Position numbers and translations under genes: made by a program. DNA of 64,000 bases, taken from NCBI GenBank assembly GCA_009692615.1, contig SHYW01000004.1, positions 8,273-72,272 on the forward strand. The letters run 5' to 3'. Source of the stretch: Deltaproteobacteria bacterium (GTDB taxonomy: Bacteria > Desulfobacterota > Binatia > UBA9968). Positions 1-8,539 of the stretch are shown piece by piece (within the stretch, counting starts at the first letter, position 1; each line of letters begins with the position of its first letter). The notes under the pieces are model-generated. The model was given only the letters and a program-made list of their open reading frames with translations, made no database searches and was not told the DNA's origin.

Positions 1-555
1 CTTCTTCGGGTCAAGAAACGTCAGCCGCTCCGCCATCGGAGTTTCGGGAAAAACATAGCCGCAAGATTTACAGGTGCGAAGTTTCACATCGCCATTGAAC
101 TCGTTGTAGACCGCCGAGACCTGCGACGGAATATCGCCCTGGTTCACTAATCGCGAAAGCACCAAGTCGTCGCACTGCTCACAGAACCAGGCGAACTCTT
201 CTTTTTCTTCCTGGCGGCGCTTGCGCTCGATCACCAAGCCCCAAGTGTTTTCAAAGCGCCGCGGCGAATGCGGCGTGCCGCCGGGCAAAACGAAGATCTC
301 GCCTTCCTGGATGCGAAAGGATTGCCGCCGCTCGCCTTCCGGCTTGACCACCAACTCCATCTCGCCTTCGACCTGATAAAAAAACTCGTCACCCGGCTGA
401 ATATGAAAATCGAGCCGAGTATTCGGCCCGCGCAGTATCATCACGAGAAAGTCTTTGTAATGCACCAGCAGGTGATTGGTTCGGATCGGTGGATTGAACA
501 ACTGCGCGTTGTCTTTAACCCACTTCTTTAAATGGTATGTCGAAAGTAATTCCAT
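1..555 (-). CDS. nbaC: 3-hydroxyanthranilate 3,4-dioxygenase (cupin); the 3' end runs off the window start
   Basis: Absent from the ORF track because there is no stop in the window. My minus-strand translation from the ATG at 553-555 reads MELLSTYHLKKWVKDNAQLFNPPIRTNHLLV..LDFHIQPGDEFFYQVEGEMELVV..GTPHSPRRFENTWGLVIERKR..FAWFCEQC..CKSCG. The cupin core plus C-terminal Cys pairs is typical of bacterial HAAO. Confidence 0.8.
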   Translation of the reverse strand, partial: MELLSTYHLKKWVKDNAQLFNPPIRTNHLLVHYKDFLVMILRGPNTRLDFHIQPGDEFFYQVEGEMELVVKPEGERRQSFRIQEGEIFVLPGGTPHSPRRFENTWGLVIERKRRQEEKEEFAWFCEQCDDLVLSRLVNQGDIPSQVSAVYNEFNGDVKLRTCKSCGYVFPETPMAERLTFLDPKK

Positions 556-566
556 AAGCTAGCTCG

Positions 567-1090
567 TTGGAGTATTGGAGTACTGGAGTGATGGGTATCG
601 GATGGCGCCACGACTACGTGTCAGTCTTCATTAACTTCCCGTAGTTTTCATTGCTTTCCTTTACGATAAGTGTGTCAACCCAATCTCCATTAAGTTTTTT
701 CCTCTCGAGTGTTTCAACAAGCTTCAGTAACCCGTTCTCGATCTTGAAGGCGAGTTTATTCAAAGTAACGAACTCCTCCTCGGTAATCTGTTCGGCCTCT
801 CGATACGCGTGAAATCCAGATACGTTCTCTCCAAGAGAGGCCAAAGCAATGGTTAGAAAGTTGAGGTATTCCCGAATCGACTTTCGACAATACCCCTCTG
901 CAATGTTGCGATGGACGGAATCGCTCGCCGCTATCGATTGTGAGCCGACTCGTTTCAATTCGTAAGGCAATTTACGAAACACTTGGCTAGTGAGCCGATA
1001 CAATTCGATTGAGTCTTGCCACACTCGCAGCTGTTGATAGCCGCGGTTTTTGTTCTTAAACACCCATCACTCCAGTATTCCAGAACTCCA
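567..1090. repeat. Imperfect ~29 bp inverted repeats (567-596 and 1062-1090) bracketing the four-helix-bundle gene
   Basis: The left arm is ttggagtattggagtactggagtgatgggt. The reverse complement of the right arm is tggagttctggaatactggagtgatgggt. They share a 16 nt perfect core, tactggagtgatgggt. The arms fill the spacer between the stop at 1091 and the nbaC start at 555. Confidence 0.8.
614..1063 (-). CDS. Four-helix-bundle protein (23S rRNA intervening-sequence protein family, TIGR02436/PF05635-like)
   Basis: 149 aa ORF with a GTG start. The motifs YQQLRVWQDSIELYRLTSQVFRKLP..SIAASDSVHRNIAEGYCRKS..EYLNFLTIALASLGE are characteristic of this family. Confidence 0.8.
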   Translation of the reverse strand: MFKNKNRGYQQLRVWQDSIELYRLTSQVFRKLPYELKRVGSQSIAASDSVHRNIAEGYCRKSIREYLNFLTIALASLGENVSGFHAYREAEQITEEEFVTLNKLAFKIENGLLKLVETLERKKLNGDWVDTLIVKESNENYGKLMKTDT

Positions 1091-1873
1091 TCACTCCATT
1101 TTTTTCAGCTTCTCGCACTCGCGGGCGACGCCGTCGGTGAGCGCCCACCAGATCGCCAGCCCTTTGCGCAGCGCTTTTATCACTCGCACTTGCAGCTCGT
1201 TGGTGGTGGCGAACTGTTCGATTAATTCATAGCCGATATTGCTGTGTTCGGTGTCGGCCTCGCCGTGCTCGGCGAAGAATTCAATATCATTCGGTTTCAA
1301 ACCGTAATGATCTCGAAAGCTTTTAAAAAAGCGCCCGCCGGTCAATTGGTTCGAATATTCGTTGCAGCAATTGGTCGAGGCCACCTGTTCGAGAATGTGA
1401 TTACTGCGCAGCGCGATATCCAACCAACCGACCCGCGCCAGCACCGTGGTCGGGAGAAAGTCCTCTTCTATCTCGCAGCGTTCCAATTCCTTGGCCGGTA
1501 TGCCGATCGCCTCGCCGTAGCGCAAGAACAAGGCGCGATGGCCGAGCACCGCGCGCGGCGAACCTTCGAAATAACTGTAGCCCACCTCGGAATGAATAAC
1601 ATCGACAAATTTTTTGTGAATCTCGGGATCGTGAATACCCGACAGTTGGCAACGCACGAGCTTGGCCGTGTTAATGGCGACGTTGTAAGCGAAAATACCC
1701 CAGGCCTCTTTGGCCCACACCCGCACCGCTTCGATGGCCAGCTTGCCTTCATAGAGGTCGAGATAAAACGGATGATAGAGCCGCGCGTGGCGCTGCTTGA
1801 CCTCGTTCATGAGGGCCTGACAAAACTCTTTCGTGGGCAGCGTCTTTCCACTTAGGACTGCTTCAACTGACAT
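1091..1873 (-). CDS. Heme-oxygenase-like fold, iron-containing redox enzyme family (TenA/PqqC-like)
   Basis: 260 aa ORF with an ATG start. It is all-helical, with HPFYLDLYEGKL..VWAKEAWGIFAY near the N-terminus and FFAEHGEADTEHS near the C-terminus, resembling PqqC/TenA/HDO-type proteins. Confidence 0.6.
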   Translation of the reverse strand: MSVEAVLSGKTLPTKEFCQALMNEVKQRHARLYHPFYLDLYEGKLAIEAVRVWAKEAWGIFAYNVAINTAKLVRCQLSGIHDPEIHKKFVDVIHSEVGYSYFEGSPRAVLGHRALFLRYGEAIGIPAKELERCEIEEDFLPTTVLARVGWLDIALRSNHILEQVASTNCCNEYSNQLTGGRFFKSFRDHYGLKPNDIEFFAEHGEADTEHSNIGYELIEQFATTNELQVRVIKALRKGLAIWWALTDGVARECEKLKKME

Positions 1874-1898
1874 GTTTCACCTCTACATGAATCTTGGA

Positions 1899-1983
1899 AG
1901 GGCGGGTTTTAAACCCGCCCCTACGAATCTCATTTCTTTTTTGCGTACTTTGCGTTCTTTGCGGTTAATTGTCCGAATTCCGC
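1899..1983. repeat. REP-like elements: hairpin agggcgggttttaaacccgcccctacg followed by ttttgcgtactttgcgttctttgcggttaattgtccgaattccg
   Basis: The first motif recurs at 43911-43935. The second recurs at 57419-57465 and partly at 47527-47560. Confidence 0.8.
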
Positions 1984-2421
1984 TTACGCCATCCGCTGCT
2001 TTCGATTGTCGAATTTAAATTTGTTGGCGTTGCAAGCGACCTCGACGCGGTTGCCGTCGGGATCGAGAAAACTCACCGAACGATTGCCCGCCACCACCAA
2101 AGTTTCCGGCCCGCTGACGACGGGAACCTTGCGCCGCTTTAGAAGCGGACACAGCTCATCGATAATTTCGTTGCGGTCGACGTAGATGCAGAAGTGATGC
2201 AGCTTCGCCATCCCCTTGCCGCCGACGTGCTTGGCGCCTTTGGGTAATGCTTGCAGCGCGATATCGTGATGCTCACGGCCGTAACTCAAAAACGTCATCT
2301 TGGTTTGCAAGTTGCGCGCCGAGACTTTCAAGCCGAGCACCGCGGTATAAAATCGCACCGACTTCTTGAGATCCGCGACATTGAGCACGATATGACCGAG
2401 GGCGCCATTTTTCACCAACAT
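1984..2421 (-). CDS. VOC (glyoxalase/extradiol dioxygenase) family protein
   Basis: The track ORF is 1984-2517. I prefer the internal ATG at 2421 (MLVKNGALGHIVLNVADLKKSVRFYTAVLGL..FLDPDGNRVEV), because the N-terminal extension looks non-coding. The start remains uncertain. Confidence 0.7.
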   Translation of the reverse strand: MLVKNGALGHIVLNVADLKKSVRFYTAVLGLKVSARNLQTKMTFLSYGREHHDIALQALPKGAKHVGGKGMAKLHHFCIYVDRNEIIDELCPLLKRRKVPVVSGPETLVVAGNRSVSFLDPDGNRVEVACNANKFKFDNRKQRMA

Positions 2422-2528
2422 GCTAGCAGCATTAATGACCGGAGGCAGAACTGTCAAGCGCCGCTCGGCGACGACAACAACGATTTTCCATGTTACAACA
2501 TCAGCAGTAATCACCAAGGAATGATTAA

Positions 2529-3254
2529 ATGATCAAGACTCTGTTGTATCTTCTCGCCAGCGGCAAGTTGGGGACAGTGCTGCTCACGGGCGGTACAATG
2601 CTGTTGTCGGTGTTCGTCTACGCATGGATATTCGGCCTGCCCTACGCCGTCGGCTTTGTCCTGTTGATCTTCCTCCACGAGATGGGTCATTACGCCGCCG
2701 CTCGCCAGTGCGGCCTCAAGGTCGGCGCGCCGACGTTCATCCCATTCGTCGGCGCCTGGATCGCGCTCAAAGACTTGCCACACAATGCCGAAACCGAAGC
2801 CTACATCGGCATCGCCGGTCCCGTGGCCGGCAGCGTCGCCGCTGTCGCTTGTTATTTTCTCGCCTTGAGCTACGACAGCCGCTTGCTGCTGGCATTGTCC
2901 TACTCCGGTTTTTTTATCAATCTGTTTAACCTGATTCCGCTGTCACCCTTCGACGGCGGCCGCATCACCGCGATCATCAGCCCGCGCCTCTGGCTCCTCG
3001 GCGTGCCGATATTGATGGCGGTATTTTTCTACACGCCCAGCCCGCTGCTAATCTACATGGCGTTACTCGCCTGGCCGCAGATCAAGCGCGCCTGGCACTA
3101 CGACCCGGCGGCGCCGGAGAACGCCTTCTACTATTCGGTCAGCCCAAGAAAACGAATTCAGTACTCCGTCTGTTACCTTGGCTTGGCGGCATTTCTCGCC
3201 GTCATGAGTCACGACGTTCACGAGATGTTGGAATTGTCCCGCAGCGCTCGATGA
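2529..3254 (+). CDS. Site-2 protease family (M50) membrane metalloprotease
   Basis: 241 aa polytopic membrane protein. It has HExxH in LIFLHEMGHYAAARQCG and NLIPLSPFDGGRI downstream. Confidence 0.75.
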   Translation: MIKTLLYLLASGKLGTVLLTGGTMLLSVFVYAWIFGLPYAVGFVLLIFLHEMGHYAAARQCGLKVGAPTFIPFVGAWIALKDLPHNAETEAYIGIAGPVAGSVAAVACYFLALSYDSRLLLALSYSGFFINLFNLIPLSPFDGGRITAIISPRLWLLGVPILMAVFFYTPSPLLIYMALLAWPQIKRAWHYDPAAPENAFYYSVSPRKRIQYSVCYLGLAAFLAVMSHDVHEMLELSRSAR

Positions 3255-3276
3255 AAATGTCGCATCGAACTGTGTC

Positions 3277-3344
3277 CTGTACGGGCGGGGCGCGACCCGC
3301 CCTTCCCATCCACCCCTGGATACCGGCCTACGCCGGTATGACGG
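3277..3344. repeat. Two REP-like palindromes (ctgtacgggcggggcgcgacccgcccttccc; cccctggataccggcctacgccggtatgacgg)
   Basis: Both are self-complementary. Related copies are at 9395, 15524, 57466, 59855 (first type) and at 26265 and 43881 (second type). Confidence 0.75.
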
Positions 3345-3449
3345 ATATAAAAAGTGCGTAAACCTGTCGAACCGAAACCAAGATCGCCATTGACAGCAGT
3401 TTAATCCATGGGCCATATATCGATTGCCATTCTTGTAACGAGGTAGAAG

Positions 3450-4157
3450 ATGAAAATCATGGTCGTCATGGGCGAGTATCCGTCCGAGGAAACCGAGCGG
3501 CGCCGCCAAGCGGTGCTGAAGTGCGCCACGCCGGGCACCGAGATCGGCTTCGGCGTCATCGGCGCGACCTTCTTTCGCCATTCCAATTCACAGGTCAATT
3601 CGCTTTCCGCCGGACCGCTGGTCGCCCAAGTAGCAATCAAAGCCGAAGCGGATGGCTATGACGCCGTCGTCCCCTTCGGCACGCTCGACGCCGGTGTCGA
3701 GCTGGCGCGCAATCTAGTGAAAATCCCCGTCGTCGGCGCCGGCCAATCCGTGCTTCACCTCGGCGCGCAACTGAGTAATCGTTTGGGCGTGATCGCCTAC
3801 GAAGACAAAAGCATTCCGTTCATGCGCAAACAGATGCACGCCTGGCGCGTCGCCGATTCGGTGGTCGGCATCCGCGGCATCGGCATTCCGCTGCCGGAGA
3901 GCACCAAGAATCGCGAAGCGATGCGTGGAAAGTTCCTCGAAGTCGCCCGCAGTCTGATCGCCGACTGCGACGCCGAAGTTATCGTGCCCATGGGCGTCAC
4001 CATGGTGCCGGTGCAATACTCGCCCGAGGAAATGGCCAAAGAGCTCGGCGTGCCGGTCATGGACGCCCTCAAGACCAGCATCCAAACCGCCGAGATGATG
4101 GTACGCATGGGGCTGACGCATAGCGTTAGAACTTATCCGCGGCCGCTGGAGAAATAG
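3450..4157 (+). CDS. Asp/Glu/hydantoin racemase family protein
   Basis: 235 aa, RBS gaggtag upstream. DAVVPFGTLDAGVELARNLVKIPVVGAGQS and AEVIVPMGVTM fit the hydantoin/allantoin racemase-type two-domain layout. Confidence 0.65.
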   Translation: MKIMVVMGEYPSEETERRRQAVLKCATPGTEIGFGVIGATFFRHSNSQVNSLSAGPLVAQVAIKAEADGYDAVVPFGTLDAGVELARNLVKIPVVGAGQSVLHLGAQLSNRLGVIAYEDKSIPFMRKQMHAWRVADSVVGIRGIGIPLPESTKNREAMRGKFLEVARSLIADCDAEVIVPMGVTMVPVQYSPEEMAKELGVPVMDALKTSIQTAEMMVRMGLTHSVRTYPRPLEK

Positions 4158-4200
4158 CGTTGAGCCTCGAGGTTTGAGGGCCGAGCAGCTGGGAATCGTA

Positions 4201-5070
4201 ATGAGAAACTTTGAATTAGTCGAACCGCGATCGCTAAACGAAGCCTGCGCGCTCCTCGCCAACGAGAGCGATGCCAAAGCAGTCGCCGGCGGCACGGCGC
4301 TCTTGACGATCATCAAGCAAGGCCTGCTTCTGCCGAAGTCATTGGTCAACTTGAAGAAGATCGGCGATGGATCGGCGATCGCGTTCGATCCAATCCACGG
4401 CATGCGCATCGGCGCTTTGGCGACGATCAACGAGATCGAAACCTGCGAAATTGTAAAGCAGCACTATCCTATTCTCGCCCAAGCCTGTCACGTCGTCGCC
4501 AACATTCGCATTCGTAACATGGCGACCATCGGCGGCAACCTCGCCCATGGCGATTATCAATCCGATCCGCCGACCGTGCTCGCTGCTTTGAATGCGCGCG
4601 TTGAAATCATGAGCGCGACAGGGATTCGTGAATTACCGCTCGGCGAATTCCAACGCGGCAGCTACGAAACGGCCCTCGAAGCCGGCGAGTTGATCTCCGC
4701 GGTGATCATGCCACCGCTGCCAAGCGGAATGCTGGGCCACTATGTAAAATTCACGACCGGCTCTTCGGAAGAGCGCCCCTGCGCCGGTGTCGCGGCGTTG
4801 GCGCGGTTTGAAAACGGGTTGTGCAAGGAACTGCGCCTCGCTGTCGGTGCCGTGTCGGCGAAGCCGTCGCGCATTGGCGCGGAAGCCCTCGCCAACGGCA
4901 AAGCGCTGACACCTGATTTGATCGCCACCATCGCCGCCGAGGCGGCGCGCGCCGTCGACCCGATCGACGATGTGCGCGGACCGGCCGATTACAAGCGCCA
5001 TCTGGTCGGCGTGTTAACCCGCCGCGCGATTCAAGCGCTCGCCAATGGCAAGACGGAGGCGACAACATGA
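4201..5070 (+). CDS. Molybdenum hydroxylase FAD-binding (medium, CoxM/XdhB-like) subunit
   Basis: The track ORF starts at a TTG at 4174. I prefer the ATG at 4201 (MRNFELVEPRSLNEA..AVAGGTALL..NMATIGGNLAHGD..RGPADYKRHL). Confidence 0.8.
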   Translation: MRNFELVEPRSLNEACALLANESDAKAVAGGTALLTIIKQGLLLPKSLVNLKKIGDGSAIAFDPIHGMRIGALATINEIETCEIVKQHYPILAQACHVVANIRIRNMATIGGNLAHGDYQSDPPTVLAALNARVEIMSATGIRELPLGEFQRGSYETALEAGELISAVIMPPLPSGMLGHYVKFTTGSSEERPCAGVAALARFENGLCKELRLAVGAVSAKPSRIGAEALANGKALTPDLIATIAAEAARAVDPIDDVRGPADYKRHLVGVLTRRAIQALANGKTEATT

Positions 5071-7343
5071 CCCTAGTCGGGACCAATGTCGAAATGGTCG
5101 GCGGCCGCGCCAAGGTTAGCGGCGCGGTGAGCTATGTCGCCGATATGGAATTCCCAGGCCAGCTTTACGCCAAGGCGCTGCGCAGCCCCTATCCGCACGC
5201 GAAATTGCTGCGCGTCACCGCCAGTAAAGCGGCGGCGCTGCCAGGAGTCCGCGCAGTGGTGACACGCGACGATTTAGCGGGGCTTAATCCTTACTTCGGC
5301 ACCGGCGTCGAAGATCAGCCGGTGGTCGTCATCGACAAAGTTCGCTGCGTCGGCGACATCGTCGCCGCGGTGGCCGCGGACTCAAAAGAAATCGCCGAAG
5401 AAGCGATCACGCTGATCGAAGCCGACTATGAAGAGCTGCCCGCCGCCACCGACATTCTCGCAGCCGCCAAGCCGGGCGCGCCGCTGGTGCAGGAGCAGCA
5501 TGTCGACAAAAACGCCGGCGGCAACATTCACGGCGTCTATCGCGCCGCCAGCGGTGACATCGAGCAGGGTTTCAAAGAATCCGATGAGATCATCGAAAAC
5601 ATTTATCACATTCCGCCCGTGCAGCATGGCCATATCGAACCTCACGTCGTGACGGCGCTGTGGGAGCCCAGCGGCAAGCTGATCGTGCATACGCCGAGCC
5701 AGACGCCGTCGCCGCTGCAAGAGCAGATCGCCAAGGTTTTTAAAATGCCCTTGAACCGCGTGCGCGTCATCGTGCCCTTCATCGGCGGTGGCTACGGCGG
5801 CAAGAACCACGCGCGCATCGAGCCGGTGGTGGCGTTGCTGGCGCGCAAAGCGCGCCGCCCGGTGCAGTGGATTCTCAGTCGCGAGGAAGTTTTTCTCACC
5901 GGCCGGCGCTTCGGCGCGGTGGTGAAAATAAAAACCGGCTTCAAGCGCGACGGCCGGCTATGGGCGCGCAAGGTCGAAGCCTGGTACGACATGGGCGCCT
6001 ACGCGCTGTCGGGTCCGGCGAACACGAAGAACGCGGCCATCATCGCGGGCGGCCCCTACAACATTCCCCATCGCGACTACACCACTTACGCGGTTTACAC
6101 CAACCTGCCGCCCGCCGGTCCCTACCGCGGCGTCGGCGCGTCCCATGTTTGCTGGGCCTATGAATCGGACCTCGACGACATCGCCCGGCGCTGCAACCTC
6201 GATCCGTTGGCAGTACGGCTGAAAAATCTAATTCAAGAGAACGACCGCTTCATCACCGGTGAAGCGATGATTTCCGTCGGGGTTTCGCAATGCGTCAAGC
6301 AGGTCGCGGAATCCATCGGCTGGCAAACGGGAGCGGAGCAGTCCTCGCGAAGCGATACGATTGTCCGAGGCAAAGGCCTCGCCGTCGCGATCAAGAGCAC
6401 TTCGACACCGAGCACCTCTGCCGCCAGCGTGCGGCTTAACGCCGACGGCTCGGCGGTCTTGCTCACCAGCACCTCCGACATGGGCCAGGGCGCGCAGACC
6501 GCGTTGGCACAGATCGTCGCCGATGAATTGGCGCTACCCTTCGAGCGCGTCACCGTGACTTTCCCCGATAGCGATATTACGCCCTACGACAAATCCACCA
6601 GCTCCAGCCGAGCGACCTTTCACATGGGCAAAGCGGCGCAGCTCGCCGTCGGCCAGATTCGCGATCAATTGTTTCAAGCGGGAGCCAAAGCCCTCGAAGC
6701 CCGGGTCGAAGACTTGGAGTTGCGCGATAGCCGATTGCAAGTAAAAGGCGTACCGGAAAGAAGTCTCACCTACCCGCAGCTCTTCAAAGCGATCTACGGA
6801 GAGGCCAGCGGCAGCCTATTTGGCAGCCATACATTGCGCACCGAAGGCGGCATCGATGCCCAGGGGCATGGCAAAGGTTCGTCGTTTTGGTTTTACTCCG
6901 CCGCCAGCGCCGAAGTCGAAGTAGACACCGAGACCGGCAAAGTCCGCGTCCTCCAAGTCGCCAGCGCCGTCGATGTCGGCAAAGCGGTGCATCCGATTCA
7001 ATGCGGCCTGCAAAACGAAGGCTCGGCGCTGGCCGGATTGGGCTCGGCGTTATTTGAAGAGATGCGCTACGACAACGGCCAGCCGATCAACAGCAGTTTT
7101 CTCGATTATCTCTTGCCGTCGATGCTCGATCATCCCGGTGAATTTAACTCGCTGCTCGTGGAAACGCCCCATCCCGACGGTCCCTACGGCGCCAAGGGCA
7201 TGGGCGAAGCGGCGCTACCACCGATGGCGCCGGCAATCGGTAACGCCATCGCGAACGCATTGAACGGCGTACGCGTGCGCGATCTGCCGGTGAAGCCAGA
7301 CAAGATCGTCGCCGCTTTGAGCGCGAGTAAAAAGAGAAGCTGA
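5067..7343 (+). CDS. Molybdopterin-binding large subunit of a xanthine dehydrogenase/aldehyde oxidase-family hydroxylase
   Basis: 758 aa, with an ATGA overlap onto the upstream gene. Motifs are GGGYGGKN, PPAGPYRGVGASH and C-terminal KGMGEAALPPMAPAIGNAI. It lacks the AYxCSFR motif of form I CO dehydrogenase. Confidence 0.85.
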   Translation: MTLVGTNVEMVGGRAKVSGAVSYVADMEFPGQLYAKALRSPYPHAKLLRVTASKAAALPGVRAVVTRDDLAGLNPYFGTGVEDQPVVVIDKVRCVGDIVAAVAADSKEIAEEAITLIEADYEELPAATDILAAAKPGAPLVQEQHVDKNAGGNIHGVYRAASGDIEQGFKESDEIIENIYHIPPVQHGHIEPHVVTALWEPSGKLIVHTPSQTPSPLQEQIAKVFKMPLNRVRVIVPFIGGGYGGKNHARIEPVVALLARKARRPVQWILSREEVFLTGRRFGAVVKIKTGFKRDGRLWARKVEAWYDMGAYALSGPANTKNAAIIAGGPYNIPHRDYTTYAVYTNLPPAGPYRGVGASHVCWAYESDLDDIARRCNLDPLAVRLKNLIQENDRFITGEAMISVGVSQCVKQVAESIGWQTGAEQSSRSDTIVRGKGLAVAIKSTSTPSTSAASVRLNADGSAVLLTSTSDMGQGAQTALAQIVADELALPFERVTVTFPDSDITPYDKSTSSSRATFHMGKAAQLAVGQIRDQLFQAGAKALEARVEDLELRDSRLQVKGVPERSLTYPQLFKAIYGEASGSLFGSHTLRTEGGIDAQGHGKGSSFWFYSAASAEVEVDTETGKVRVLQVASAVDVGKAVHPIQCGLQNEGSALAGLGSALFEEMRYDNGQPINSSFLDYLLPSMLDHPGEFNSLLVETPHPDGPYGAKGMGEAALPPMAPAIGNAIANALNGVRVRDLPVKPDKIVAALSASKKRS

Positions 7344-7344
7344 A

Positions 7345-7806
7345 ATGAAACTCTCTATCGCCACGACTATCAATGGCCACAGCCAAGAGTTTCAGGTCAA
7401 CGCAAACCAAACGCTCTTGGAGCTGCTGCGCGACAAACTGAAACTCAAAGGCGCCGTCGAAGGTTGCAGCGTCGGCGTCTGCGGTTCATGCACGGTGTTG
7501 ATCGACGGCAAACCGGTCAGCTCGTGTCTTACCCTGGCGAGCAATATCGAAGACAAACAGGTCATTACTATCGAAGGCCTGTCGCAAAACGGTGAACTCG
7601 ATCCCGTGCAGCAAGCGTTCCTGAAACACCAAGCCTTTCAATGCGGCTTCTGCACCACCGGCATGATCATGGCGGTGAAAGGTTTACTGAACTCCAATGC
7701 CCATCCGAATGAAGAACAAGCGCGAGATTATCTGTCGGGCAACCTTTGCCGCTGCGGCACTTACAAAGAAGTGTTGGCGGCGGTCAAAGAGTTGGCAAAT
7801 AGTTGA
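7345..7806 (+). CDS. (2Fe-2S)-binding small subunit of the molybdenum hydroxylase
   Basis: 153 aa with the two cluster motifs CSVGVCGSCTV and QCGFCTTGM..CRCGTY. Confidence 0.9.
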   Translation: MKLSIATTINGHSQEFQVNANQTLLELLRDKLKLKGAVEGCSVGVCGSCTVLIDGKPVSSCLTLASNIEDKQVITIEGLSQNGELDPVQQAFLKHQAFQCGFCTTGMIMAVKGLLNSNAHPNEEQARDYLSGNLCRCGTYKEVLAAVKELANS

Positions 7807-7838
7807 TAGAAACGGTCACTGGCAGGTTTGCATCTCGC

Positions 7839-7867
7839 TTGCCAACTTAACTCACCGAGTTTAAACT
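7839..7867 (+). promoter_or_regulatory. Putative sigma70-type promoter for mazE (ttgcca - 17 nt - taaact)
   Basis: The hexamers are read directly at 7839-7844 and 7862-7867. The RBS gaggaa at 7880-7885 precedes the ATG at 7891. Confidence 0.4.
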
Positions 7868-7890
7868 GCCAAAAGTTCGAGGAAGCTATT

Positions 7891-8142
7891 ATGAAAGCGC
7901 GCATCATTCAAATCGGCAAAGCAAAAGGCGTTCGACTTCCAAATAAATTGGTCAAAGTGGCCCATCTCAGGGAAGAGGTCGAACTCGCAGCGGCACCTGG
8001 GCATATCACTATTCACAGCGCCGCTCGGCCGCGCGCCGGATGGTCGGCCTCAGCCAAGCGCATGCGCGAGCGCGGCGAGGATCGGCTAGTCGCGCCGGTA
8101 CCAGCGACAAAATTCGACGAGGAAGAATGGCGGTGGCGCTAG
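7891..8142 (+). CDS. mazE: AbrB/MazE/SpoVT-family antitoxin
   Basis: The track ORF is 7828-8142. The internal ATG at 7891 has a good RBS. MKARIIQIGKAKGVRLPNKLVKVAHL is a SpoVT-AbrB swapped-hairpin motif. It overlaps the downstream toxin by 16 nt. Confidence 0.75.
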   Translation: MKARIIQIGKAKGVRLPNKLVKVAHLREEVELAAAPGHITIHSAARPRAGWSASAKRMRERGEDRLVAPVPATKFDEEEWRWR

Positions 8143-8468
8143 CTCAAACACCCGCACGCGGCGAAGTCTATTTAGTTCAGCTCGATCCAACGCGTGGAGT
8201 AGAGATCCGGAAAACCAGACCCTGCATCGTCATCTCACCCAATGAACTAAATCAACACCTGCGCACAGTAATTGTCGCGCCTTTGACCACGCAGAGTCAC
8301 GCCTATCCGTGGCGCCCACGCTGCCGATTTCAGGGCAAAGCCGGTTATGTTGTCATCGATCAGCTTCGTACCGTCGACGTCCAACGCTTGACCAAACGAC
8401 TGGGACAAATTCCGCAAAACACGCTTACTACGATACTGAACGTACTCCACGAGATGTTTGCATTTTAA
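8127..8468 (+). CDS. mazF: MazF/PemK-family endoribonuclease toxin
   Basis: Start taken at the ATG at 8127 within track ORF 8040-8468. RGEVYLVQLDPTRGVEIRKTRPCIVISP..VIVAPLTT..IDQLRTVD is a canonical PemK motif. Confidence 0.85.
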   Translation: MAVALAQTPARGEVYLVQLDPTRGVEIRKTRPCIVISPNELNQHLRTVIVAPLTTQSHAYPWRPRCRFQGKAGYVVIDQLRTVDVQRLTKRLGQIPQNTLTTILNVLHEMFAF

Positions 8469-8539
8469 GTCAGGCCCAAACCTGTCGTAACTTGGCCGTC
8501 GCAAAATTTTCTACAATTCAGTGAATCGCGAATAACTCC

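Noticed and set aside
3390-3421. ttgaca ... tatatc as a promoter for the racemase/Mo-hydroxylase operon
   Set aside because: The -35 hexamer is perfect, but the spacer to the best -10-like hexamer is 20 nt by my count, which is too long for a confident sigma70 call.
3714-4430. 238 aa minus-strand ORF spanning the racemase/FAD-subunit junction
   Set aside because: It crosses an intergenic spacer and lies opposite two genes with strong family motifs. I treat it as non-coding. The same applies to 41618-42511, 44120-44752, 44774-45442, 16643-17203, 20757-21344 and similar track entries.
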